Program-made: the position numbers and the translations under genes | Part shown: positions 13,515-25,910 of the stretch, in pieces | How positions within the stretch are numbered: the first letter of the stretch is position 1 | How the letters are laid out: each line of letters opens with the position of its first letter | The notes under the pieces: model-generated | Databases searched by the model: none | What the model was told of the DNA's origin: nothing | Seen by the model: only the letters and a program-made list of their open reading frames with translations | Source: Octopus bimaculoides | Lineage: Eukaryota | Reading direction: 5' to 3' | Length of the DNA: 43,882 bases | Assembly: GCF_001194135.2 (NCBI RefSeq) | Contig: NC_068989.1 | Span: forward strand, 19,880,090-19,923,971

Positions 13515-13750
13515 ATTCCCCCAATCCAATCCTTTGTATCACTTCTCTTATATTCACTTTCCTGTAAGCTGAGGGTACACTCCGACACATCTTCACCATC
13601 ATCTCTCTTTTCCAACTGGGGTAACCATGCATCTCCTCTACAACAAGACATCTGTTCCTGTCCTATTATACTTATACTTTTCATCACACAGCATAAAGCC
13701 ATTTCCCTCAACACTACACTCCGCTTAGTTGAAGATTGGAAACTCACAAT
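13515..13750 (-). mobile_element. Very degraded RTE-like LINE fragment
   Basis: LEKREMMVKMCRSV...RKVNIREVIQRIGL resembles the RTE post-RT region. Confidence 0.35.
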
Positions 13751-13829
13751 ATTGTTTGTATAATGGTGATATTCATTTAGAGCCATCACATGAAGCTAAA
13801 ATAAACGTACATACATATATACACAACCA

Positions 13830-13985
13830 CATAAGCTTCTTTCAGTTACCACCTACCAAATCCATTCACAAGGCTTTGGTCAACTTAGGACTATAGTAGA
13901 GGACATTTTCCCAAGATGCAGTGAAGTGGAACTGAACCTGAGACCACATGGCTGGGAAGCACCTTTATCAACAACACAGCCATGA
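13830..13985 (-). mobile_element. SINE family A 5' fragment
   Basis: Same family A motifs, reverse complemented. Confidence 0.7.
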
Positions 13986-14524
13986 CTGTGCTTATAGCTA
14001 TCCTTCCAACTGATAAAGAGCTGCTTGTGATCAATGGAACAAAGACATATAAAACTCACAGTCACTGAAACAATAAGGGAATTTGAACATGGTTACTTAA
14101 CCTGCTCAATGCAATAGCCAAATGTTCAAACACTGACATTGCACATCTTAAGACATCAAACTTAAAATAAGGAGAATCGGTGAGTTTATGTTTGGAAATG
14201 GAAATTTTTCAAGACAAATTACTTGGTGGTCTAATTCATTTTGGTGCTCCAGCCCTTTTCTTTACTCCTAATATAAAGTTGCATGCTGACCTCACTGGTG
14301 CCAATGGCATGAAAGAAGCACTAAGTACATGTCGTGAAGCGGTTAGCATTAACAAGGGCATCCAACCATAGAAAACAGTGGAGCATGATGCAGTCCTTGG
14401 ACCCATTGGATCCTGTCAAACCATCCAACCCATGTCAGTATGGAACATGGATGTTGAATGATGGTGATAATAATTTATATGTATTATTAGTTAGGGTTTA
14501 GGATCAGGAGGTTATAGCTTAAAG

Positions 14525-14814
14525 CAGTGGTTCCCAAAGTGGGTGGTGGAAAGCTCCAAGGGGGCGTTGAAGAAAAGTGGGACAATAATGGGGTAGCGAT
14601 TCATGCAAAAAGTGGGGTGATAATGGGGTAGCGATTCATGTAAAAACAACAAAATAATGGGTTCATTATGTTAAGTTTTATTTGTGAAATACAGTTGCTC
14701 TGAATTTGCTTCAGAAAGAGGTCTATGTTTGTGATGGTTAGTTGGGGTGGGGGCCCTAGGTATGTGGCCTGGGTGTCAAGGGGGCGGCAACCCAAAAAGG
14801 TTTGGGAATCACTG
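14525..14814. mobile_element. hAT/Charlie-type MITE (290 bp)
   Basis: TIRs CAGTGGTTCCCAAA and TTTGGGAATCACTG. 8-bp TSD GCTTAAAG/GTTTAAAG (7 of 8). Contains an internal tandem repeat of about 35 bp. Confidence 0.85.
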
Positions 14815-15154
14815 GTTTAAAGTCAGAGTTGGTCACAGAATAATTTTGAGAAAAGGTGGAAAGGAACCTGTAAGAAAGAAATTTATAATAGAAAAAAAAC
14901 CCCTCCAGAAGTAACCAGGGTAACAAATAAAAGAGTGAACATAACTGCAAGAGAGTAAACTGGAAATAGAAGCACTAAAAAGCATTATAAGTCTTGAACA
15001 ATATGTCAGTCCCATCATACACATACACAATTGTCCTGGTATCCAATCACAGAATTTAAACATCTTCACAGCCATGACAGAACTGAAAATATCTTCACTT
15101 GTATATAGAGACATCTACCAAACTAGTGAATGACATAGACCTCAGCTATCTTAC

Positions 15155-15277
15155 CTGCTGTGCTTTAAAATTCTTCTTTTCTGAAAATTGGACCTCGTTC
15201 CATACGACTTCCATTCCCTCCTCTGTATCCATCGCCAAGAAGGCACTATCAATACCTGGAACATCTCGTTGTTCAAC
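15155..15277 (-). CDS. NRBP1: NRBP coding exon 2
   Basis: TAG acceptor, VEQRDVPGIDSAFLAMDTEEGMEVVWNEVQFSEKKNFKAQQ (123 nt, phase 0/0), GTAAGA donor. Matches human VNQRNVPGIDSAYLAMDTEEGVEVVWNEVQFSERK. Confidence 0.97.
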
Positions 15278-16134
15278 CTATAGAATAAGAAAAAGCAAAA
15301 CAAAGTAAAACATAAATTGGTTTTTCAATATCAAAAATATTTCATCCAGCCATTGCTGCTTATGAAATGGAGCAATCTGAATGATGGCAACCTTAAATTT
15401 TCCCCCGATTATTTTTGGTCAACTTAGCTTCTGAATCTCAGTTGTCAACTAACTCTTTCTATGTTGACTGCCTGAACACAGATTTTTTTTTTTTTTGCAT
15501 ACTGTCACAGAAACCAAATAGTTGACAGAAACAGTTTGCTAGAGAAACCAGACTTTATTGAAAAGGATATTGCAGTACATGTTGTTCTCAAAAGTTATCT
15601 GGTCAATCTGTACATATATTGACAGAATTGGAATTGTATAATCTAATAAAACAAAGAGCAACCAGATGAAAGTAAATGCAAAACTAATCAAACAGCATAA
15701 TGTTTACTAAGACCAGCACATTGTTTTACCAATTCTACACTGTAAAGTCTTGATATTCAGACATACTTGAGATATACAGTAAGGTTCATGTACAATCTTT
15801 TTTATTTCCCATCGTTTCCTTGCTTCTATCTTCTACAAGTTTGGAGTACAGAACAGTTTGTAAAATTATGTGCCACCAGGAGGAGTGAGATCTGATATTT
15901 CAGGGAGAGATCTATCAGGAAGGATTTTAAATGGAAACTTTGGGGTGAGGGATTTTCTTACCTATGCATTACATTAAGGCCCCTAAGAAAAGTCTAGGAT
16001 TTTGTCTATCTACATCAAAGATGAGTGGCTAATGTTCAAAAGATTTTTCAACTCCCAGGAGAAGCCTTGCTTCATTAATTCTAAGAAGTAATCTAATTCT
16101 ATAACAGAAAATGGAATGAGAAACCATTTAATCC

Positions 16135-16345
16135 CTTTGCCGCCTGACTGGCCTTCGTGCCGGTGGCACGTAAAAGCACCCACTACACTCCTGGAGTGGT
16201 TGGCGTTAGGAAGGGCATCCAGCTGTAGAAACTCTGCCAAATCAGATTGGAGTCTGGTGTAGCCATCTGGTCTCACCAGTCCTCAGTCAAATCGTCCAAC
16301 CCATGCTAGCATGGAAAGCAGACGTTAAACGACAATGATGATGAT
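16135..16345 (+). mobile_element. SINE family B, well-preserved copy
   Basis: GCACGTAAAAGCACCCACTACACTCC...GACGTTAAACGACAATGATGATG. Confidence 0.8.
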
Positions 16346-17229
16346 AGTAATCCATCTGAGATTTCTCAAAGTATTTATCTTAAAATGAAAATCTAAAACA
16401 TGAAGGATAATTTCAGATTGTCTATACAGACATAAGGAGAGCTTCTATTGAACAGATAGAAATGGTAGCAAAATGTCCCTTCGGATATTGTCTTGGGTTC
16501 CCAGCACACAGATGACAGAATAGGCAAAGATGGAATGTCTTTGATCATCGATCTGCTCAGTAATTTACTTCAGCAAAACAACCAATCCCAAAACAGAAAG
16601 AGTTTCTGTGGAGATCACTTGCCCATGTGAAAATAGTACCCCAAATCTCCACCAAATCACAACCTACTTTGAATAATGTAGACTTAAATGTACTAAGTCT
16701 AAAAACAAGACTGGCTGGTCATGGCCGGAACACCTTTGATCATGAGCCTACTGGATGATGGCCAGGTTGAGGTTGGGGATAAATATATAGAATGTCATGC
16801 ATCAAAAATCTAATTAGGAATAGTAATTAAATTAAATGAAGAAGAGAACATTAACTGAATGGCAAACATTATATTAAGTCATTTCAGCAAGCACTGGATC
16901 AGATTCTGGATATGGGATTAAACTTCGACAACATAAGGTAGGAAGATAAAAGAAACAGAAATTCAAGTTATCCGCTTTCATTATTACTTTTTAAATATTA
17001 CACATGGGAAGACACAATATAAGAGAATTGTATATAAGAAATTATTGATCTATATTTTGAGCGTGTGATTCGTTTTAGTTTCCCTGGAATATGACTGGTT
17101 AATGCAAAAAGACCACCCACCATCACTTCAGCAGTGAAAAAAAACACCACTGAATGCTGGAGTGGCTGGACTGCACCCACCCAAAACCCTGAGAACAACA
17201 ATCAGGTAAAGGAAATAATTTAATCATTA

Positions 17230-17492
17230 TCTATACTATATATAAAACAGAGATGTGTGTGTAATCGCTTTTCACGTGAAATCAACTTCACCAAATGCTT
17301 CTATACTTGTAATGCATGAATAATTTGACCTCGGATAAATCTTAGGCTCTTCATCTGATTTTTTTAATTAAAAATAAATAATATTGCTTTATATTTAAGA
17401 TTCACTTCTTTAAAAAGGTTCCTCAATGTCAACTTCCGGTATTGACGTAACAACCGCAAAAAGCTTCACTCTCTATTTTGTGTGTTCGTGAG

Positions 17493-17541
<49 letters not shown>

Positions 17542-18194
17542 GTAAATACTACATACACACCGCTCTCTCACTCTGTCTCACACACATACACACACCCCCC
17601 TTGACTCACTCACACTCCGTCTCTTACAAACACACATACATAAATGTATACAAACATATTGATAAAGACACACGTGTGTATGCGCGCGCGTGCGTGTTTG
17701 TAAGAGACAGAGTGTGAGTGAGTCAAGGGCTGTGTTGTCATATGCATACATCCAAAGATGTATGTATATTTATGCATGTACGTATACATGACAACAAACC
17801 TCTCTCTCTCACTCACACTGTCTCTTACAAACACACACATACATAAATGTATACAAACATATTTACAAAGACACACGTGTGTATGCGCACGCGCGTGCGT
17901 GTGTGTGGGGGGTTCCACAATCACCATTTATTTCAATTACTCTTGTGAGGATATTCACGTAAATCATTTTTTTCATCTAATCCCCATTTTAATTTTCGTA
18001 AAAGTTTCCAAGTACCAATGAGGCTTTTTGGCACATCTTCAATTTTCCCCATTCATGAGAGGCACCAGCCATCATTCATCTGAGAGTCCATCTACAGAAT
18101 GTCCTCAAATTTCTATACAGCATATTTTGCCTTTTTGTCTTCAAGTATATAAGCAACAATTTCATTCCCAAGCAATGCCGGGTGCCCCTGCTAG
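17230..18194 (+). mobile_element. Non-autonomous Helitron, apparently complete (965 bp)
   Basis: 5' end A|TCTATACTATATATAAAA. 3' end has the hairpin CCCAAGCAATGCCGGG (18167-18182) 8 nt before CTAG|T. Inserted between A and T with no TSD, and carries internal microsatellites. Confidence 0.8.
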
Positions 18195-18698
18195 TTATTA
18201 ATAAAGAAATCATTATATAAACCATACATCCAAACTTAGGCATGACAATGGAAAATGCTTAGTGGTAAAAGATGCAATAATCTAAAATTTGATATCACTA
18301 TCTACATTATCACTACATCTGTATATGTAACCAAAGTGCATATCAACCTTTTGAATAAATCTAAAATGAGAGTAATATCTTAATAATTTCGATTTTAGTA
18401 TATTTTGTTTAAAACTGTTGCTCTGAAAACCATCTTTGCTCAAAACCTACAGCTCACTTTGTGCAGCTTTCAGTAACAGCTTGCAACTCTGCTTTTACTT
18501 CCTGTCTCAACTTTAAATTTAGATTTACTTCATGACCAAGTAATCTAGTGATTATAATTTTAAAGAAACAAATGAAATATTTCACTATTTCCTGACTATT
18601 CATTTCCTGGTAACTGTAATTTTGCAAATTTTTTTTTCACTTCCCTTAAAATTTAGTAAAGGAGAACACATTGGAGATTGCTGTCCTTATCCCCCACC

Positions 18699-18700
<2 letters not shown>

Positions 18701-18736
<36 letters not shown>

Positions 18737-18780
18737 TGAGTGAGAGAGAGAGAGAGAGAGAGAGAGTAAAAAGAGAGAGA
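18701..18780. repeat. (TG)n(AG)n compound microsatellite (representative example)
   Basis: Read directly. Other tracts lie near 8600, 9470-9505, 17496-17540, 20335, 28475-28510, 28845, 29190, 34510-34552, 42895-42930 and 43635. Confidence 0.95.
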
Positions 18781-19024
18781 AAAGAAAAACAACTTTCCAT
18801 TTTCTGATAATTAAGTCATTTCACTAAATTTTCTTTATTTCTCTTAACAGTGAGTGGACAATCTTGTCCTAGTCCTTTCTTTCTCTCTGTCTCTCATATG
18901 TGTGAGTGTGTGTGGAGACAGAAAAGGAAAAAAAAAACATTTATATACAGAGAGTGAGGACATTTTTCAGTTTAAATAATTTATATTGATTTGATAGAAT
19001 TGATAATATGTAACATTAACCAAG

Positions 19025-19220
19025 CAGGTGAGTTTGGCAGAATTGTTAGCACACCAAGCAAAATAGTAGCATTTCATCCATCTTTATGTTCTGAGTTCAA
19101 TTCTGTCTTTCATCCTTTCTGGATTGATAAAATAAGTACCAATTGAACATAGGGGTCGATTTAACTGACTTATCCACCCACCCCCCAAAATTGCTGGCCT
19201 TGTGCCAAAATTTGAAACCA
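19025..19220 (+). mobile_element. tRNA-derived SINE family F (GCCTTTCATCCTTT...GATAAAATAAGTACC central domain)
   Basis: GGTGAGTTTGGCAGAA A-box, GAGTTCAATTC B-box. Related copies lie at about 6762-6960 (-), 11265-11450 (+), 21585-21790 (-), 29930-30150 (+), 30350-30600 (-) and 41935-42050 (+). Confidence 0.7.
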
Positions 19221-20179
19221 ATATATAACATCAACTGAATGTTAAATTCATACAATTTAGTCAGATCATAAATAAATATCGAGAAAGCAAAAGATTGAAT
19301 GAGAATATATAAACGAGCATGAATGAATGAACAAGTGAATAAATCAGAACAAACGAATAAGTGACCGAGATAACAATGAGTGAATGAGATAATGAGACAA
19401 AAGGAGAAAGAAATAGTAAGCCATTGAGCAAATGCCTTTTCCTCATTGCATAATTATTTCTAATTAGGTATTTAATGCCCCTGACTTAACTATTGTTTTT
19501 CATACAGATGGCGTCTTTGAATTATTTATATTAATAAACATGGGGTACACACACACTTATCTGAATGTGTTGGGTATTCTAGCTGAACATAACAAAAATA
19601 ATGACTATAACCAAAACATCTTTAGAAATAATACATTCAATTCAATGGTGATAGCAGTGTGTGAGAGAGGAAAGTTAAAAACAACACAAGGAAAATGAAG
19701 CATCAGATGTGTTTGTATCTCTTGAGATCTGACAATGCTTTCACAGCCACCAGATACCTAACATATCAAATTCTCTCCAATTACTACTCACTGCGAACTT
19801 TCCAGTTACAGTATACCCATCATACAATAGCTTCCTCTCTATTGTCTTGAATAATCAGGAAGTGTGAATTAAATAAATAAAAAAAAAAGGGCGAAGCTTT
19901 TTTCAAGTCTGATTAAAGATGGGAAGACCACAACCGGAACATCTCAAAACTCACACTCATACCTAATTTAAGACCACTGCTTGGTTCTTGGGTGCATCCA
20001 TTTATCATAGTTCACTCTGCAACACGCATTTTGTTCCCTCTCTCCCACAATTTTTTCTGCAGATATTGACTTGGTTTCAATTTTACCAGGCTGGAAGAGC
20101 CTGCAAAAGTTCAAGGACAACTCTCCTATCCTAAATTCACATACATTGCAAACAGTTCATATCATATATAATCTTATAC

Positions 20180-20490
20180 TTGTTTCAATCACTGGACTGC
20201 AGCCATGCTGGGGCACGTGCCTCCAGTACTTATTTTCAACGACTGGTATTTAGCCTACATGTCTCATGTGCCAAACCAATAAGTTATGGGGATGTAAAAA
20301 AAACTCACACCAGTTGTCAAGTGGTGGGTGAAACACACACACACACACACACACACAAATGAAAGACAGTTTCTATCGACCAAATTCACTCTCAAGGCAT
20401 TGGTCACCTCGGTGCTACAGCAGGAGACACATAATGGGACTGAACCTGAAATCATATGACTGCAAAGCAAGATTCTTAACCACAGCCATA
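20180..20490 (-). mobile_element. Diverged SINE family A copy
   Basis: Head, central microsatellite and tail are all recognisable in reverse complement. Confidence 0.65.
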
Positions 20491-20836
20491 TACATACATA
20501 TGTATATTCATGTTGGTGCTCAAGCAAGCTCACAATCCAACGACTGAAACAAATAAAAGAATAAAAGAACATGTATATATATATATATACACGTGCACAC
20601 ACACACACACATGTAAGATGAATATGAAAATTGAAGAGTGGAAGAGCAAAATTATAAAAATTATAAAGTGATGATTCCTGGTTAGATCAAGAAAATAGTC
20701 AGAACAAGGTGGTAGCTCAAGTCTCATATGAAAAAGATAAAGATCCTAAAGAAAAGAATTCTCAAAATACTGCTTGAATTTAATACATAATCACTTTATA
20801 CCAGAGAAATAAAGTATATAAAGAATGATAGTTTAA

Positions 20837-21059
20837 CCATTTAGCATTCAAACCAGTCATGTCTGATCTAAATATTCCACTTGTTTTATGGTCAAACCAG
20901 CCCAGATCTGGCTTCTCATACTAATCCTATACTGTCATTCTAAAAATAAACAATCACATCATTGAAATCTCAAAGCTACAAGATAATGCATGATTAATTC
21001 AAAAGAATGTGATAAAATAAGCATTACATTTGACAAAATATTCTGAATGCTATAAAGGG
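20837..21059. mobile_element. piggyBac-like MITE, family 2 (223 bp)
   Basis: TTAA|CCATTTAGCATTCA...TGAATGCTATAAAGGG|TTAA. Confidence 0.75.
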
Positions 21060-22679
21060 TTAAATGTTCTGTAAAATAATTTTTACTTTTTCACCCGTTT
21101 TGACCCATGAGAGAAATGCCAATTCCAGACAAATATATCCATAAAGAATGACAAAGTCAAAGAGACAATGTGAAATTAATTTGATAACTCTCCCTCCTCC
21201 ACACAAACATCTATGGACTTAAGTTTAAGCATATTCTACCATAACTCAAACCACATGTCATTCCTTTTACACCTGTTGATCCATTCTCAGATAGACAAGA
21301 AATGCAAAGTAAACCATGAAAATGTGACCAACTCCAGTGGATTTTATTTTGTATTTTAAATCTGAAATACCATTTTCTTTTATCCTTCAGCTAGGAGGCA
21401 GGGCAATGCTCAAGACCCTTTCACAGAGAACCAAGACAAGTGGGAGAAATGAAGGAAGGTACTTTCAAACAAGAGGCCTGATTTCAATGCATACAATAGA
21501 GTAGGCTCCACTAAAAGTACTGAAGAAGTCAGGTGGAGGTGTTAAACTAGGTGATGGATTAAATCTACCACCAAATTAGACAATATTGAGATTTGAACTC
21601 AGAAAGTAAAAAGCTGGAACAAATACCATAAAGGTAACCAGTCTAATGTTCTTGCTGTTCAGCCAATTCACTACCTTGAATTTGTACTTTTTTTATTGAC
21701 CCCAAAAGGAAGAAAAGCAAAGTCAACCTTAGTATGGTTTGAACTCAGCAAAGCACTGTAACCAATGCTTTAACAATACTGCCAATTCACAGACTACATG
21801 GTTGCAATTTGAGAGAGAGAGAGAGCATGTAGAATTCATTCGTATGATTAATGTCAGTTTCGTTATTTGGACGATTAGCTGAGTCCTCTCCAAGACAGTT
21901 ACAGTCATCCTAGCAACAATCTTATCAAGAATAAAACATTTTAACTGACAGTTTAATTTAGCCTCAGAAGATTCCTGCCTTTATTAATCTGCCAGTAGTG
22001 TCTACCTCAGTTGATTGCCAAGTAATATTGTATATTATAAGAAAATGACGCATGTTTCAGAGGAATTTTGGACAGAGCCCAGTTGCCTTTCAATAATAAG
22101 CTAATACTTTTAGTTTTCTTTAGAAACTAAGATTTTTGTTTTTTATAAAATCTGTACCTAATTTTTTGTTCTTTCCCTGTTTAACACACATTTCCATGGT
22201 ACACTAAGTTGGATGGGTTTTCATATTCAGTTGTTTTCACAACTTGTTAGGGATTTATCCTTTACTATTGTCATAAGCAGGATTCAAACCAGTGTTGTAG
22301 CAGACTTAATACTGATGAATTAATATTTCTCTTAGCATTACCTATTCAGTCATCAAATGGAAATGGCTTGGATTCTTCAATTGCACTGTCTGCTACATTT
22401 TCAGTAACATACCTAGCCTAAAAATGTCTCTGCAGTTGTGAGCTGAGAAGCAGCAGTCATCATTAAATACCCACCTTCATATCAAAAGAAATAACTTTGA
22501 ACATTAACAATAGAAAAACACCAATGAAGACAAAGCATAGAGGTTAATGCTTCTCAAAGTGGGCAGTAGCATCCATAAGATGCAATGGAAAATTTCATAT
22601 GAGTACTGGGGACAAAGGGAGTAGCAAGAAGGTGATAGTTGTATCTGGACAACTTTTTTTTAGTTATGGGTACAGATGT

Positions 22680-23110
22680 AAGCATGGCTGTATGGTTAAG
22701 AAGCTTGTTTCCCAACCATATTGTCTTGGGTTTGGTCCCACAGCAAGGCACCTTGGGCAAGTGTTTTCTTCTATAGCCTTGTGAATGGATTTGGTAGATG
22801 GAAACTGAAAGAAGCCCATCATATATATATATATATATATGTACATGTGAGTGTATATGTGTGTGTGTATGTTTGTGTGCAACCTTGTCTTGACATTACA
22901 TGATGGTTGTAAATGAGCATCACCAGTGTGTAAACTAGACCATTAGTTTCCAGTCGTCTCTGGAAAACATGTCTAGTTACAGGAAAATATTGCCTGTCTT
23001 GGAAACAGGTAGGAATTGGTGACAGGAAGGATACCTGGCCATAGAAAATATGCTTTAACAAATTCCATCTGACCCATGCAAGCATGGAAAAGTGGATGTT
23101 TAATGATAAG
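22680..23110 (+). mobile_element. SINE with a family A head and a family B-like tail
   Basis: Family A head (22683-22820), (TA/TG)n, a different middle region, then GACAGGAAGG...ACCCATGCAAGCATGGAAAAGTGGATGTTTAATGAT. Confidence 0.55.
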
Positions 23111-23786
23111 GATGTCACTTATTTAAATAAGCATTGTCACAATATGTGACTATTTCTATACATGCAATAAAAACAGCTCTTAAATTTTAATAAGCAAAGA
23201 AACACATTTGTGATGAGATTAGCACATTTTACTTTCTAAAACAAAAATCACTAGCTGAGGGATTGGCTCATATGACTTTAAAAAAAGTTAATTGCATATC
23301 ATCTTCATAGCAGTTAACAGAGATATCTACAATCAAAGCACATGTCAAAGATCATATTATATAACTGGAATGCCTAATAAACCAACACTTCAGCTTTTCA
23401 TGCTTCTCATGACAATCTGTTGCCAAAACAGCTCGCTGCTTCACCTGACATCATCAAACAGTTTCTCATTTTTCATGTCTGAAAATTTTCCAGTAATAAT
23501 ACATTAACTGAAGCTGTTTAAATACAATCAAATACCATCTACTGCATTATAGAGGAAATTAGCTTTATACAAGTTAACTACTGAACCTCTATGTCACTTG
23601 ACCTGTCAAAATTAGCAGCCAAATCTGCCACAAATCATACCCTACTGTTTTTTTTGTTTCTTAAAAAAAAAAAAAAAAGTAATGTGAAATACAAAGAGAA
23701 GGTGAACAATGGCTTGAATGTGTTTGATGACAGGGTTTTACCTGGAGATACATAACAGCAAAAATTTGGTTTACTTTTAAAAAGAA

Positions 23787-24133
23787 GAAAATAAGGAATT
23801 GTGGTCATACACATATATGCAATTACACAGCACTCCTGCTGCTTACCGCACCCCTCTATTTCCCCTAACTTATGGCTCCTTGCTCACCCACCCTTCAACC
23901 CAACCCATTCTGGCAGTTTGTCTCCCCACCCTGTCATTCTCCTTTCCATATGAACTTGCAAACTGTTTCATCAACTTGCCTTGCAGAGCCACCTAGGTAC
24001 TTCATCACCATTATGGGTGAGCAAGGAGCCATAAGTTAGGAGAAATAGAAGGGTGCTGAAGAGAGTGGGTGGGGTAAGCAGCAGGAGTGGTGTGTAATTG
24101 CATATATGTGTGTGACCACAATTCCTTATTTTC
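23787..24133. repeat. Long inverted repeat / fold-back element
   Basis: Arms 23787-23890 (104 bp) and 24014-24133 (120 bp), differing by 4 substitutions and one 16-nt indel. Confidence 0.95.
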
Positions 24134-24975
24134 ATCATCATCATCATCGTCGTTTAACGTCCGCTTTCCATGCTAGCATGGGTTGGACGATTTGACTGAG
24201 GACTGGTGGACCAGGAGGCGACACCAGGCTCCAATCTGATTTGGCAGAGTTTCTACAGCTGGATGCCCTTCCTAACGCTTCTTTTAAAAAGTAAACCAAA
24301 CTTTTGCTGTTATGTATCTTGTAGCTCCAGTTGCTTATTTCCTCTTTCTCTCCCCTTGCCCTACTAGATGTGAATAGCCAAAGTGGATCCTCTACAAGAA
24401 CATGTGCTGTCCCCACCCACTTCTCATAGTTCAATGCCCTCATCCACTAGCATGAAGCTGAATAACAACCTCAATAGTGCAGGTGGTATAAATACAAAAA
24501 AAAAAAAAAAGCATCTGTCTATGTTGTAAAGTGGTTGGCATTAGGAAGGGCATTCAGTCATAGAAACTATGCCAGAAGAGATAAATCATGAAGCAATTCT
24601 TGAATATGTAGGATCTTGTCAAACCATCCGACCTATGCCAGCACATGGAGCATGGACATTAAATGATGAAGACACATGTATATATATGCATTTGTAGGAA
24701 GGGCATTGGCATTAGGAAAGGCATCCAGCTGTAGAAGCCATGCCAAATCAGACTGGAGTCTGGTGCAGTCCCTCAGCTTACCAGCCCTGGTCAAACTGTC
24801 CAAATCATGCCAGCATGGACAACAGACATTAAATGATGATGATGATGATGATGATGATGTATACATGCACATCATTATCATCATTTAATGTTTGTTTTTC
24901 AAGCTGGCATGGGTCGGATGGTCCAAAAGAAGCTGGCAAGGCAGAAAACTTTCTTGAACTCCAATGCCAGCTTTG
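24134..24975. mobile_element. Cluster of four SINE family B tails in mixed orientation
   Basis: 24134-24278 (-), about 24505-24672 (+), about 24697-24860 (+) and about 24873-24975 (-). Further decayed family B tails lie near 7000-7140, 10870-11040, 14330-14470, 25165-25245 and 28510-28620. Confidence 0.75.
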
Positions 24976-24999
24976 GTACAATTTCCAGTGCACACAAGC

Positions 25000-25155
25000 A
25001 GCTATTTTGTTGGCAACAAAAGGTCTTTCTCCTAGAGAGACAGGCAGACTGTATTATGTTTGTGTACAAACATCAATACTACATGGTTGTGAGATGTGAG
25101 CCATGAATGTTGAAGACATGTGAAAACTAGAAAGGAACAAAGCAAATATGCTCAG
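25000..25155 (+). mobile_element. RTE-clade LINE fragment (post-RT region)
   Basis: LLATKGLSPRETGRLYYVCVQTSILHGCEM*A...KLERNKANML, a degraded LYGSETW region. Confidence 0.65.
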
Positions 25156-25289
25156 TTGAATGTCATGGAAAGTGGTTGGCATTAGGAAGGGCATCCAGCC
25201 AAAGAAACCATGCAGAAGCTGACATTGGACTCAACATAGTCCTGAAAGTTCTCCATCCTACTCATATTCTAGCAACTATTCTTTCAGAA

Positions 25290-25910
25290 CATCTTCCACT
25301 GCTAAGTAAGTTACCTAGGTAACAATAACTGCTACTTCTAGGGCACCACTTAGGCATTTGAGAAAGTCTATTTCCCATGTGTCCTCAGTGTCTATTGCTT
25401 CTGTGCAATTTGCACATACAAAGATAACTCTCTCTGTGAACCTCCCTGTGATTCCACTGCACCTTGTGTGTTAATAGCTTGTACTGGATACACTGCATTG
25501 ATTTCATGCCTACACTTTCCCTCCACATTGACCTTGGTCATTTACCTAATGTGAGAAGAGTCCTGTCTGTTTTCCAATTCATCAGAACTTTGGTCTTTGA
25601 CAAGTTATCTTTCATTAAAACTTGTCAAAGAACAAAGTCGTCATAAAGTCTTAATTTCTTCTGTTATGGTTTGAATGACTATGATAAATAGGAGGGGACT
25701 GAGAACTGAATCTTGATGAACTCCTGCTTGTATGTTAAATTTTTCACTGTACTCTTGGCTACATTGAGAAATACCATGTTAAGGTATGGACTCAACTTAC
25801 TGACAGTATGGTTCTTAAGCCATTTGTCTACTCCTTACCTTCCAGAAATGCATTTTCAAGGATGTGGATTACTATTATGGGATCTTTTTAAATTTCTTGC
25901 AACCACTTGA
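25290..25910 (-). mobile_element. RTE-clade LINE reverse transcriptase remnant
   Basis: YSEKFNIQAGVHQDSVLSPLLFIIVIQTITEEIKT, then a broken Y(A)DD-like segment. Confidence 0.75.

Noticed and set aside
14491-14503. TTAGGGTTTAGG telomere-like motif
   Set aside because: Under two units, which is expected by chance.
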